The notes under the pieces were generated by a model that did no database searches, was not told the DNA's origin, and worked only from the letters and a program-made list of their open reading frames with translations. Of a DNA stretch of 64,000 nucleotides, positions 12,363 to 23,100 are shown piece after piece. The stretch spans positions 8,122,001 through 8,186,000 of the forward strand of contig CATNEN010000038.1 in NCBI GenBank assembly GCA_950097015.1, read 5' to 3'. Position 1 is the stretch's first letter. Each line of letters begins with the position of its first letter. Source of the DNA: Macrostomum hystrix. Its lineage: Eukaryota; Animalia; Platyhelminthes. The position numbers were made by a program, and so were the translations under genes.

Positions 12363-13319
12363 CTTGAACGAAGGCATCGTTACACAGTCAACTGTTCCGG
12401 CAAACAACAAGACGTTGAAAGTAATAGGTTTTAATTCCTAGCTTGGTAAACGGTAAATATTAAGCTGCATGAGGCTCTGCCCAATCTCATGGTGCCAGTA
12501 AAACAAAAATCGATCGCGCAGCAGATCGAAACTAACTTTGATAGCCATTGATTACATTGCAGTGGACGCTGCTGTCGAATCCTCACTGCAGTGGAAAATT
12601 CCTGCACCTGACAGCTGTTGAGTGTCTCCCTGTCTCTTCTTCCCTTGGTTCCAGGCTAAACTGAAATTTTTCTGCTCAGAACTTGTCTCGAGCTAGTGGG
12701 TTGCGAGATTAATTCCCAATTTGGGATATTGAAAACAAAATACTGTGAATACAAAACAGTGTAGGAGCTGACAGCTAGATGTTGAATAGAAAAACGACTT
12801 CTTTTTTAATTCGATTAATTTTGGGGAATCGCATCATAAATATTCATCAGCCTCTAGTGGTATTTTATGAGGGTCATTTCATTATCAATATATATATTAG
12901 TTTCAACTCACGGAAACAATGCATTTGCCAGTTTAATTTCATTTCATTTAATCTCGCAGCTGATTTCTAATTTAACAAAGAACGGTTTGTATGCATCAAA
13001 TACGGCAGGTGACAATTCTTAGATTTTTAGTCTTCGAGTTTAGCAATATCGAAATAATATAACGGCTCAGTGGACATAAAATTTCGCAAGATTAAAGCAA
13101 ACATTTAATATTTCTTGGAAATCAATAACTGAGAAACTTCTCTTATCTAAACATTCGCTTTTTGTATATTTGTTTATCTATCTTACGATTGCAGTTGTTA
13201 CTATGCTTAAGCTTTCATTGATAGAATTAGAAAATTTAGATCGTAAAATTGGGAGAAGGGAAGTTCAGATCAGTATAATTGAAGCGATCAGCGATCGGTC
13301 GCACAGACTGGCCCAGTGT

Positions 13320-13805
13320 TCAGCCGTAGCCGGGACACACGCAGTCGCAGATACCTCTTGGCAGATTCAGATAACCCATGCAGCCAGCGGATGGGCCAAA
13401 GTACGACCGGCAGCGTTGGGTGCAGTAGGGCAGCGCGGTGTGGAAGTCTGAAATGTGATCGATAAGCCATAGAGATTTTCACAGCTTCAAACTATAACAA
13501 ACTCTGGCGGCCGAACTTCCTACCCCATGAATGTACACTAGCTGGCACTGACTCGATGTACATGAAGAGCCATGGGGTGGTGGGCGCTATTTATTGATCG
13601 GAAATGCTACCATTGAAATGAACTAACTAATGTCTACTACGATAACTTCAACTGTAAAACCCGTAACAGACGACCAAACTTAGTTTCTTGGCTCACAGAA
13701 TAGTCTCTTGCTGACTTTCACCGGCTCTTCGGCCACTGGCGTGGCCCCGATCGAATTCATGAAGCTAAAGCAAAGAATCTGGACTATGAGGCAATACAGA
13801 AGCAT
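13320..13805 (-). CDS. Secreted cysteine-rich prepropeptide, 99 aa (defensin/CS-alpha-beta-like); exons 13805-13697, 13586-13524, 13447-13320
   Basis: Two phase-1 GT-AG introns give a 300-nt ORF: MLLYCLIVQILCFSFMNSIGA-TPVAEEPVKVSKR-LFSPTTPWLFMYIESVPASVHSWDFHTALPYCTQRCRSYFGPSAGCMGYLNLPRGICDCVCPGYG*. Confidence 0.8.
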
Positions 13806-14344
13806 TTTTGGCTCCATTCTATACTAATGCTGCTGTTTGGTAGAAATGTGTAAAAGCTGTTTCTTTTATGGAAAATATGGTGGGCCGTGAGCGTCCGTGA
13901 TGAATTCAGTCGCAAATGGTCGACTTTTTATGGTCGACTTGCGATTCAGCTGAGCCAATAATAAGTCTACATTAAGCCTCCACGAGAGCCAATCATCGTG
14001 CGGTGATTTGTTAAATGGAAAGCGCATTATCAAGGTCATCTCCAGGATGGATGACAGCGTCAGTTTAAAATCCGTTTGCCATGTTGCTATGCCAAAAAGA
14101 GCAAATGTTTAGAATGTAAGGATAAACAACAAAGTAACGAGACTAGAATTTTAATTTGGACCACCTTCGACAATAGCGTACTGTACATGTGAATATCCGT
14201 CGAATGTCAAATACAGAAGATATTCTCGAACCATAGCAGTTTTGAAATGAGCAAAATCGAGATTGATCTAGAATTCTCAATCTAGACTGACACACTGACA
14301 TCTCCTTTATCATCCCTAACAGTGTACACTATATCACTGCCTTG

Positions 14345-14670
14345 AGGGTTATCGCGTTTGCCTTTCGCACAAAGGTTCCTGAGCTCGATTCCGCGGCGAG
14401 GCCACATTAATCTGGGGCGCAGCCGCGAAGAGAAGGCTTGGGGGCTTGTAGTGCAATTTACGCCATGGAGGGCCAACCTCCAAGGCACAGTGAAACGTGA
14501 CACTGTCTGACGAAGAGAAAGTCATGGCAGATGTACACATCTTTGTGTGTCTGCGTACAGTATCCGTGTGTATAAGTGCTCAGGAGTCAGTTAAATGGGC
14601 AGAATTGCCATCTCACTGGCTGCGGGTCCACTGTCACCAAAATGACGTGCCATTATTGGGCCTCTTGCAA
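14345..14670 (+). mobile_element. tRNA-derived SINE family B
   Basis: cgcgtttgcct...gagctcgattcc head and gtgctcaggagtcag...aaatgggcagaattgcc body are shared with copies at 19480 (-), 44505 (-) and 54100 (+). Confidence 0.75.
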
Positions 14671-15346
14671 AATAAAAAGTTTATTTTTAGGACCTCCGTC
14701 CGCTGCTGCGCCCCTCAAATGAAATTGACCTCGTCGCGAATTCGAGCTCAGGGACTCACTCAGGATTTGGCCAAATCTCAAGATGCTTTTCACCATGTTT
14801 AGCAGTCTTCTTTTAAAAAGAACTTCGCATTTGACATGAGCTTCTTAATCAGTGTATAGATAGAAGATTAGGAGAGAGTGCAAGTTGTTTTGCATTGGTG
14901 ACTGGCTTCGTAGTTACAGCACAGAGAGCCTGCACTTCGAAAATTTGATATAGAACGCATTTTACAAGTACTTTTGTCATCAAGCTATTTGAAGAGCACT
15001 TCAACTGATTCAAATTCAAAACAGCTGGAATCTATTATTGTGTCGAAACGTATGATATAGCAGCAGAACAATGCGAAGCTTCTGCACAGGACTTTTAAAC
15101 AATGTGATGCAGGACATATTTTTTGTTAATAAAAAAACAGTGGACTGTGTATCAATGCTGAAATACTAAAAACATCAACCAAAATAACTTTTGCCTAGAC
15201 ACTACAAAGCCAGCAAATATCGCATATAAATTATAAGCAAACGCTGTTGCCAAGTAGTACAAATCATCCGATCTTTGCCATGACAATGGCCAGTGACAAT
15301 TTTCATTAGGTTTTATGAGCGTTTCAAACCTTTAAAAACCTCATTA

Positions 15347-15650
15347 GGAGGTTGTAGCGTAGTGGTTAGAGCGTCGGACTCACGACTTGAAGGTCGGGGT
15401 TCGATTCAGCGACACAAATCGACATTGTGTCAATTAGTGTCGCTAAAAACTTTGCAACTCTGCATTGCTTCAGTTCACCAAGCTGTTACCAGCAGGGTAG
15501 CAGTATCAGCTGGGGTAATTGACGGTGGGTGTGGCCTCACCCAGTCCATGGACTGAACGGCCGTACGCAGCCTTCAGATGCGCCGCGCAATAGCTGCGAC
15601 TGTGCTGTCGGCTGCACATTTAACCCGATCACCCGAGGGCAGGTGTAATA
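15347..15650 (+). mobile_element. SINE family A copy
   Basis: ggaggttgtagcgtagtggttagagcgtcgg...ggttcgatt head and the ccagtccatggactgaac...gggcaggtgtaat 3' end match the other copies. Confidence 0.8.
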
Positions 15651-16164
15651 AATTACTATTTTTTTTTAATTTCAAACCAGTCCACTCATCCAATGCAATC
15701 GCGTGGTTATCGTCAGTCAAGCACAATGTCTGCCTGCGTCACATTTTTATCAGTAGCAACTCCTACACATACTACCGACTAATATTTTATTAAGCAGCTA
15801 CATATTTTTGTAAAACAGCAGAAAGAATCACGTTTCTCCCCCCTGTCGAAAGGTCACGGGGGATATTTCAAATTCCCACTGCCTACTTCTCGATAGCTCC
15901 CAAACCAAATGACCGATTTTAGTGAAAGTCCACCATCTGAATCAAATTTTTTCCGCACTTTAAGATGAACTAACTTTCAAAGCCGTACGAGCCAGCATCG
16001 TCGACATATTCAGCGATTCAGGTGAAAAGGACAAATATCATTAATTGCTCTGTTAAAACCCATTTGGCGAATCCATAACGGTTCACAAAGTTAATAAACT
16101 AACAGTATTATCAATATAGTCAACAATTTGCCGGCATGATTACTTGATAAAATTTTGCGACGAA

Positions 16165-16360
16165 ACACACTGACGAGAATCGTTGAATATCTTGACGATG
16201 CCGATGTTTTGTGATTCTGGAAGTTGTTTTATCGGATAGAGCGGAAAAATTAAGTTCGTGATCTATAGATTTTCATTGCGATTGGTTGAATATTTGAAGA
16301 GATGCAGGAAAAAATGAGGGTATTTTAAATACCTACCAATGGTCTTTCCACTGTTAAGAG
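16165..16360 (+). repeat. Dispersed non-coding repeat (copies at ~4925-5995, split by the solo LTR, and ~42820-43018)
   Basis: Shared blocks gacgagaatcgtt...gatgccgatgtttt...tagagcgg...gattttcat..cgattggtt...ggtcttt..actgtta. Confidence 0.6.
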
Positions 16361-16921
16361 AAAAACACGAGTATATTTATCTGTCAATTATTTAAATCGC
16401 ATGAGCATCTCAGAATGTGGGCTAAAATACGAGCCAAGCTCGAAAACAGAGAATTAATGATGATTATACGAGTAAATAGGAGGGCTGTTAAAATTGGCTG
16501 TAATTATAAACATTTTAAATCAACGACTGACTAATTAATCTGGTCGAATTTGAACACCCCTGGCTTCATAATATTTCTGCGCTTGAAAATGAAAAGTCCG
16601 ACAACTGGAACTCTTCATTATAAAACACGCATCATACACAAAGCTAAGAAGATAATTTAAATTCAAATGAACTCGGCATGCTCCGAGAAACACAAGCCTA
16701 TGCGAGGCTCTCATTAATACAGTATTTCTAATTTCTGAGCACTGATTTGGCCGGAAAGACAATCTTAGTGACATATATGGCCGAGCTATACTTGATATGT
16801 CATCGATCCAGCTGCCTCAACCAATCAGTGAGGCTGCTGAGCAATGCTGATAGCAATATTTAAGCCAAAATCATCAGCTCGAGCCTGGTTTTATTCGCGA
16901 CTACTGTAAAACATCTTGCCC

Positions 16922-19280
16922 ATGGAAGGGCTAATCACCATGACAACAGCGACTCCACAGCCAGCATTGCCGAGCTATAGCGGCGCATCTGACGAAATGA
17001 ATGAAGATAACATTAAGGCGACGATGAAGGAGCCTGATTTGGCAATGGCTAGACAGAATTGTCACCGCAGCCAGCTGAAAGTGTTGGTGCTGGGAGCTGC
17101 ATGGACCCTTCTAATCTCATCTGCTGTTGCGGCAATCACTGCCTCCTTCTTCACTGAAAGCATCGGTTGCCGAAATGCTTCGACTACAGCGACTGTGAAA
17201 GCAGATTCGGTTTCTGAAGCAGCTGCGGCCGATTCTAAAAAAGTCCTCAGTTGCTATCAGAACGAGCGAACCTGCGAGCTGTTTAATCGTGATGTCAGTC
17301 TGCAGTGGTCGGTTAATGGAGGCTTCGAAGTTCACACCAATACATTGCGTCGGGCTCAACGACAAGCCGCAGCGGCGCTAGTTGAAGCTCTGGCATCGCG
17401 GCCGACTTTCGCTGGCTCATCGGCATGGAAACGGGTCGCGTTCAACCTGACGCTTTCGTGTCTGCGGCACAGCCCGGCTAGAGATCTGTTCGGGGAGACT
17501 ACTGAGGCAGTGGAGCCGGCCCTGGCGCGCATGCTGGGACCTAGAAGCGGCTTGTTGAGCTCGAAGTCCACTAGGCTGGTGGCTGGCGAGTTACCAGAGA
17601 GGCTGCTAGGCTACCTGGCTGGGCTGGGCCTACCGGCGGGTGTCGAAATCGTGACCTATGCGGCGGTGGATCACATGACAGTGCCGCTGCGGTTGCAAGC
17701 TGCTGAGCTGTCCACAGATAAAATAGGCACCACGCCGGAGTAAGTGTGCTTCAATTTTTTCTTGCATTTGATATAAAAGTTTAAATACACAGAACCGAAT
17801 ACTTCCAAGTTGCATGCTTCACAACTTTTAGAGCCGAGAGCTACCGCTCGGCTGCGGTGCGGGCTTTCCTACGCGCTGGTCGAGGCCTGCCCGCAATTAT
17901 CGCTGACCGAATAGTGGCTCTGCGACTGAGCCTTGACCGGCTGCGAGAGCTGGACAGCGAAAATGGTGAGGCCAATGCGTCTACGTAGAGAATTAGAGAG
18001 GCTTGATAATGGTCGAAAGTAATTCGTAATAGGTCTCGCAGTAATTTAGCAGTAGAACTGCTAAAATCCATGGCATTTTCATATTTCTGTCGCAACCTTC
18101 CTCGCCTAGCGCAGGTGTCAGGGAGCTCGCAACTTTGTCTGATCTAGCCCACACATTTCCCAGTGGGCAGCGCGGCTGGAATGCCTTTCAGCTCGATCAA
18201 CTGCCAGCAGCAGGCCTGCCTAAGACCGAAGACGCCGCAGTCAGGGTGGACGGCAGATTCGGTTTTGTAAGCGTGCGCGGCAAGTTAGAAGTGATGCGTC
18301 AGCGCCTTCAGCTGCTGGCATCTCAGGATCAGGACACACTGGTCGGCCTGGCCTTCGTGGAGGGTGCAGCGCGACTTAGAAGATTCTTGGTCGGCTGCAG
18401 CGATGGTGGACAGTTGACACACAGCGAATCCTGCGCTCGAGCCGTCCTGCTGACGATGCCAGTCGCCTCGCGGAAAGCATTCTTTGATGACCGGTGGGAG
18501 GTGTTCAAATGGATCAACTTGACAGCAAGGACTGATCCGACCATAAAAGCTATTCACAATGAGGACACAGAGCTTCATTTAGCCGGACTGTACGATGGAC
18601 TAAGCCTGAGCAGTGACGCCAGCTTCTTGGACAACCTGATGAAAACTCTGACGCACACAAGGGCGGTTCTGACAGCCACGGCAGCTCGCGGAGGCACAAA
18701 AGACCGACAGGCGCTTGAACTGTTTGGCGAGACGGCTCTTTCAAAGTCCTTCGCCGTCAGGGATGCGGAGAGCTATCAGCTTCCTATGTACTTTTATGCG
18801 CAGTTTCTGGATTCGCCGACTCAGGTGGCAACACTGCTGGCTTATAAGATGCTGAACAGCGAGCTTCATTCTAACAGACTACAGATGCACTCAGATACCT
18901 GCCGCACAGCTAGCGCTGATAAGATCCATGACGCCGCACTCAAAGCTGTCAGCGCAAGAGCAGCTCGTCAAGCATTGAAGCTGAGCTCCTCAGAAATGCA
19001 AGCCTTTTGCCTGGAATCCAACGCCCTGTGGTGCCAGAAATCAGCAACGCAGAGCGATGAATCGCCATGGTCCAACGAAGCCAGGGCGCAGCGTTTTCTG
19101 ACGCTGAGTCTGCTGCCCGAGTGCCAGCTGAGCCACCACTGCTTGCGACTGGCTCCTGAGCCGGAGTGGCGTTGCGCTGCGCAACTATTTGAGCAGCTCA
19201 GCAACAGCTCATCTTTGCGAGGGATTCAGAAGAGACTCAGTGAAATCGATTGGAAAAGCATTACAGATTTGCTCACTTAG
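16922..19280 (+). CDS. Type-II membrane neprilysin (M13)-like protein lacking HExxH; exons 16922-17739, 17832-17965, 18115-19280
   Basis: N-terminal TM anchor; M13-like segments KKVLSC..RTCELF....LQW, KRVAFNLTLSCL, EMQAFCLESNALWC, ESPWSNEARAQ and C-terminal Cys pair; splice phases 2 and 1 are consistent. Confidence 0.65.
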
Positions 19281-19479
19281 TTAAAAGGCCAGAAAATGTT
19301 TGACTTCAGAACAAATCACGTACAAAAAATTAATACTGCGGTACGCGTCTCTCGTTAATATGGCTTGAAGGTCACTTTTTGATGAAATAAGCTATACTAG
19401 CTCTTAGATTAGTCATTAGGCTGCCGTCAAATCTCTGCCTTCCCACTCATTTAACTCTAGAGCGGATTGCCTAATATGG

Positions 19480-19760
19480 TGAGACCTATTTGGTGAGACT
19501 AGACCCGGAGGCAATTCTGCCCATTTCGCTGACTCATGAGGACACACACACACACAGATAACGTACACAGGCACACGCTCAAACAGGTGTGTACATCTGC
19601 CCTGACTTTTTCATCGCGCCTTGGAGAATGGCCCTCAATGGCATAAATTGCACAAGCCCGCAAGCCTTCTCTCCGCGGCTGCGCCCCAAAAAATGTGATC
19701 ACGGAATCGAGCTCAGGGACCTTGGTGCGAAAGGCAAACGAGTTAGACCGAAGGCTACAT
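19480..19760 (-). mobile_element. SINE family B copy
   Basis: Reverse complement of the 14345 element (ggcaattctgcccattt, gaatcgagctcaggg, aaggcaaacg). Confidence 0.75.
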
Positions 19761-20110
19761 GTATGGTATAGAGATTACAATGGTAAAACCTTTAAGACAA
19801 ACATTTTCTTGAATGAGTTCAAATCAAACGAAGCTTAATTAAAGGTAAGCTTAAGTTTTCCTCTGTATTTCTGTTTAATAAGTTTCTACTCTTGAATTAC
19901 AGAACAATTAGGAAACATGGATGGGAAAGAGACGGCGAAATCAGGACGATAAAACAAATGGCCATTTGCATAAGAATTCGGTTTAATTATGATTATTCGC
20001 TAAGCATCAGTTCAAAGCAGAAACAATAAATCATAACAACCTAGCAACCTACCCATATAAGAAAAAAAGTTTTCTAAGAACACCCGTTTATAAGGAAAAT
20101 GTAAAACAAT

Positions 20111-23100
20111 TCAAAGCTTGGACTTTCGCGCGAAGAATTTGGCCACAGCGTTGAAGCAGTCCTCGGAGATCCAGCGCTCCTGCAGCCGGTTGCACTCGCG
20201 CACATTGGCCGCGTGCAACTCGGCTCTGATTGGCTCGCGCAGCAGCTGCTTGGCGTAGAGCAGCGTCTGAAAAATAGAAAATTCATTATAGCTTACTTGC
20301 AGTAGACCACGACTGACTTTTAATGCTTAAATAAGCATTTAAATCGAGTCCCACCCACCTGCTTGGGCAGGGCGGCGATCTCATCAACAGCGGCGCCAGC
20401 GTCGGCAGCGAAGGAGCTGTGGGGGAAGACTCGGCTGACCAGGCCGCAGGCCAGAGCCTCCTGGGCCGTGATTTTCTTGTTGAACATAATCAACGAAGCG
20501 GCGGCTGGCAGGCCCATAATGCGTGGGAAGGTGTAGGACGAGCAGCCCTCCGGGGTCTGGCCTAGCGATGAAAATGGCATATGGAAGGTGGCCGCGTCCG
20601 ATGCGAACACCTGCGGGCCGGGATTGTGATGCACTTTAGCTATGCACTTCAGCTGTTTTGCTTTCTCGGCTCCGCGGTGGCAACCGGTTTCCAACTTTTC
20701 TGGCTCTCTAAGATTGATTTATCACTCAGCCTCAAACCACCATCTCTAACCCCAAGCGATGATTGGCTGAAGATCCGTTCTGCCTCTATCTCTCACTCAG
20801 GCACTAGCCCACGCCCTCTAACCCCAAGCGCTGATTGGCTGAAGATCCGTTCTGCCTCTATCTCTCACTCAGGCACTAGCCCACCCCCTCCAACCCCAAG
20901 CGCTGATTGGCTGAAGATCCGTTCTGTCTCTATCTCTCACTCAGCCACTAGCCCACCCCATCCAGTATCAGTGATGACACAAAACAAAGAAATGACGCAC
21001 ATCGTAGGGCATACCCGACAGGCCACATCACAGATATGACACTCCAAAAATATACATCTGACCAGAATATTTCGAAATATGACACAAAAAAGTTTTGCAA
21101 AGAAACTGTAAATTTTGCATTACAAGCTACTACTAGAAGAAATGTGAAAATAATTCGGTCGCAGCTCCAAAGGGTTTTAAATAAATCGTATTCGACACAA
21201 GTCCAGCTATTTCAGTCATATATATATATATTATTATTATTATTTACTTTATTTTAAAATTTTAGAATTATATTTCACGTGCATACGAATTTTAGTTATA
21301 ATTAATAAGTTTCAAATAATATATTATATTTACATGCTTCACATGTTAGAAAATAGTTTTAATAGCATGTTGAAATAGTGCAAAAGCGCAGAAAATGTGC
21401 AACAGAGAAAAAACCGCGCAGCACAGGTGTTGGCACCGCTGCTATGCACTAAATTGAGCTTGCCTCTTCTGCTTTGGATCACCCTGCTAGAACTGTCTAG
21501 TAGATCTGGCTAGAACTAGTAGATCAGCGCCACCCTACTAGAACTGTCTTCCTATAATCACCCTGCTAGAACTGTCTTCCTATAATCACCCTGCTAGAAC
21601 TGTCTTCCTATAATCACCCTGCTAGAACTGTCTTCCTATAATCACCCTGCTAGAACTGTCTTCCTATAATCACCCTGCTAGAACTGTCTTCCTATAATCA
21701 CCCTGCTAGAACTGTCTTCCTATAATCACCCTGCTAGAACTGTCTTCCTATAATCACCCTGCTAGAACTGTCTTCCTATAATCACCCTGCTAGAACTGTC
21801 TTCCTATAATCACCCTGCTAGAACTGTCTTCCTATAATCACCCTGCTAGAACTGTCTTCCTATAATCACCCTGCTAGAACTGTCTTCCTATAGTCACCCT
21901 CTTTGAATCGATCTAGAATCTGCTGCGTTCGTTTTTTGGCCTAATCAATCAAGAAAGTTACACAGAGTACAGAAATCTGTCAATACGGTTTTCAGCACTC
22001 ATTTTTGCAGCAGCTGCCATTCGCTCGAAGGCTTTTCTCAGCTTTTGTGATGCGCCTCGTGGTGCTGCCATTGAATTTTCCACGAACCGCCACTGGTGCA
22101 ACCACGCACTTGACGGTCAGCGCCAGCGACGCCAGAGGAGCCCGCAGCCGACTCCGCGGGTAGATCAGAGCCAGCGACGCCAGAGGAGCCCGCAGCCGAC
22201 TCCGCGGGCAGATCAGCGCCAGCGTCGTCAGAGGAGCCCGCAGCCGACTCCGCGGGCAGATCAGCGCCAGCGACGCCAGAGGAGCCCGCAGCCGACTCCG
22301 CGGGTAGATCAGAGCCAGCGACGCCAGAGGAGCCCGCAGCCGACTCCGCGGGCAGATCAGCGCCAGCGACGTCAGAGGAGCCCGCAGCCGACTTCGCGGG
22401 CAGATCAGCGCCAGCGACGTCAGAGGAGCCCGCAGCCGACTCCGCGAGCAGATCAGCGCCAGCGACGCACTCCTTCGGTGTGGTTTTGATGATCTGCCAT
22501 CAAGCGCTGATCTTCCGCCGTGGCGTTTTCCAGGCCCATCGTTTCCAGCCACTCGCGGAATTTAGAAACAGTGACATTGTGCAGCAGCGGTGAGTACCGT
22601 TTTCTATACTGGTAAAATAGGCGGTCGAATGAGCCGTACGGGAATACAAACGCCTGAGCGTTATCGCTCAGGCTCTCCTCAAATCGTTGCGCCAGGACCT
22701 GCATCACCAGGTCTGCGCACGGTGTTACACTTGCCCACGCTGAGCCGTGGCCCTCAATAGACTTGTGCTCTTTAACTTTAAGAGGCTCATTCGGCGACTT
22801 CAGCCACCGGCGTGCGTCCGAAATTTTGCAGGCGGAGGCCACGCCCTGCCGGTTGGCGTTTCCATCGATGAAACAAATGCATATCCCGATGGCCAGGAAT
22901 GTCACCGTCCTGTGTCAATGTTGAGGCCAAGACTTTTTAATCTCATGATTAAGTGCCATTTCAAAGATTATAAGAACTCACCAGTCTTTTGTGCGCCTAG
23001 CCTCCTCCAGTACGGTGGTCTTCATGTCGAAGACGGCCTTAATTTGGTCGCCGGTCAGGAGCTCTTCTTCTTTCTGGTCCATCAGGTCCGCGTAATATTT

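Noticed and set aside
14505-14525. Possible hammerhead ribozyme core ctgacga...gaaa in SINE B
   Set aside because: No room for stem II, and the motif is not conserved in the other three copies.
15347-15420. tRNA gene
   Set aside because: It is a SINE head with a degenerate cloverleaf that continues into the shared SINE body.
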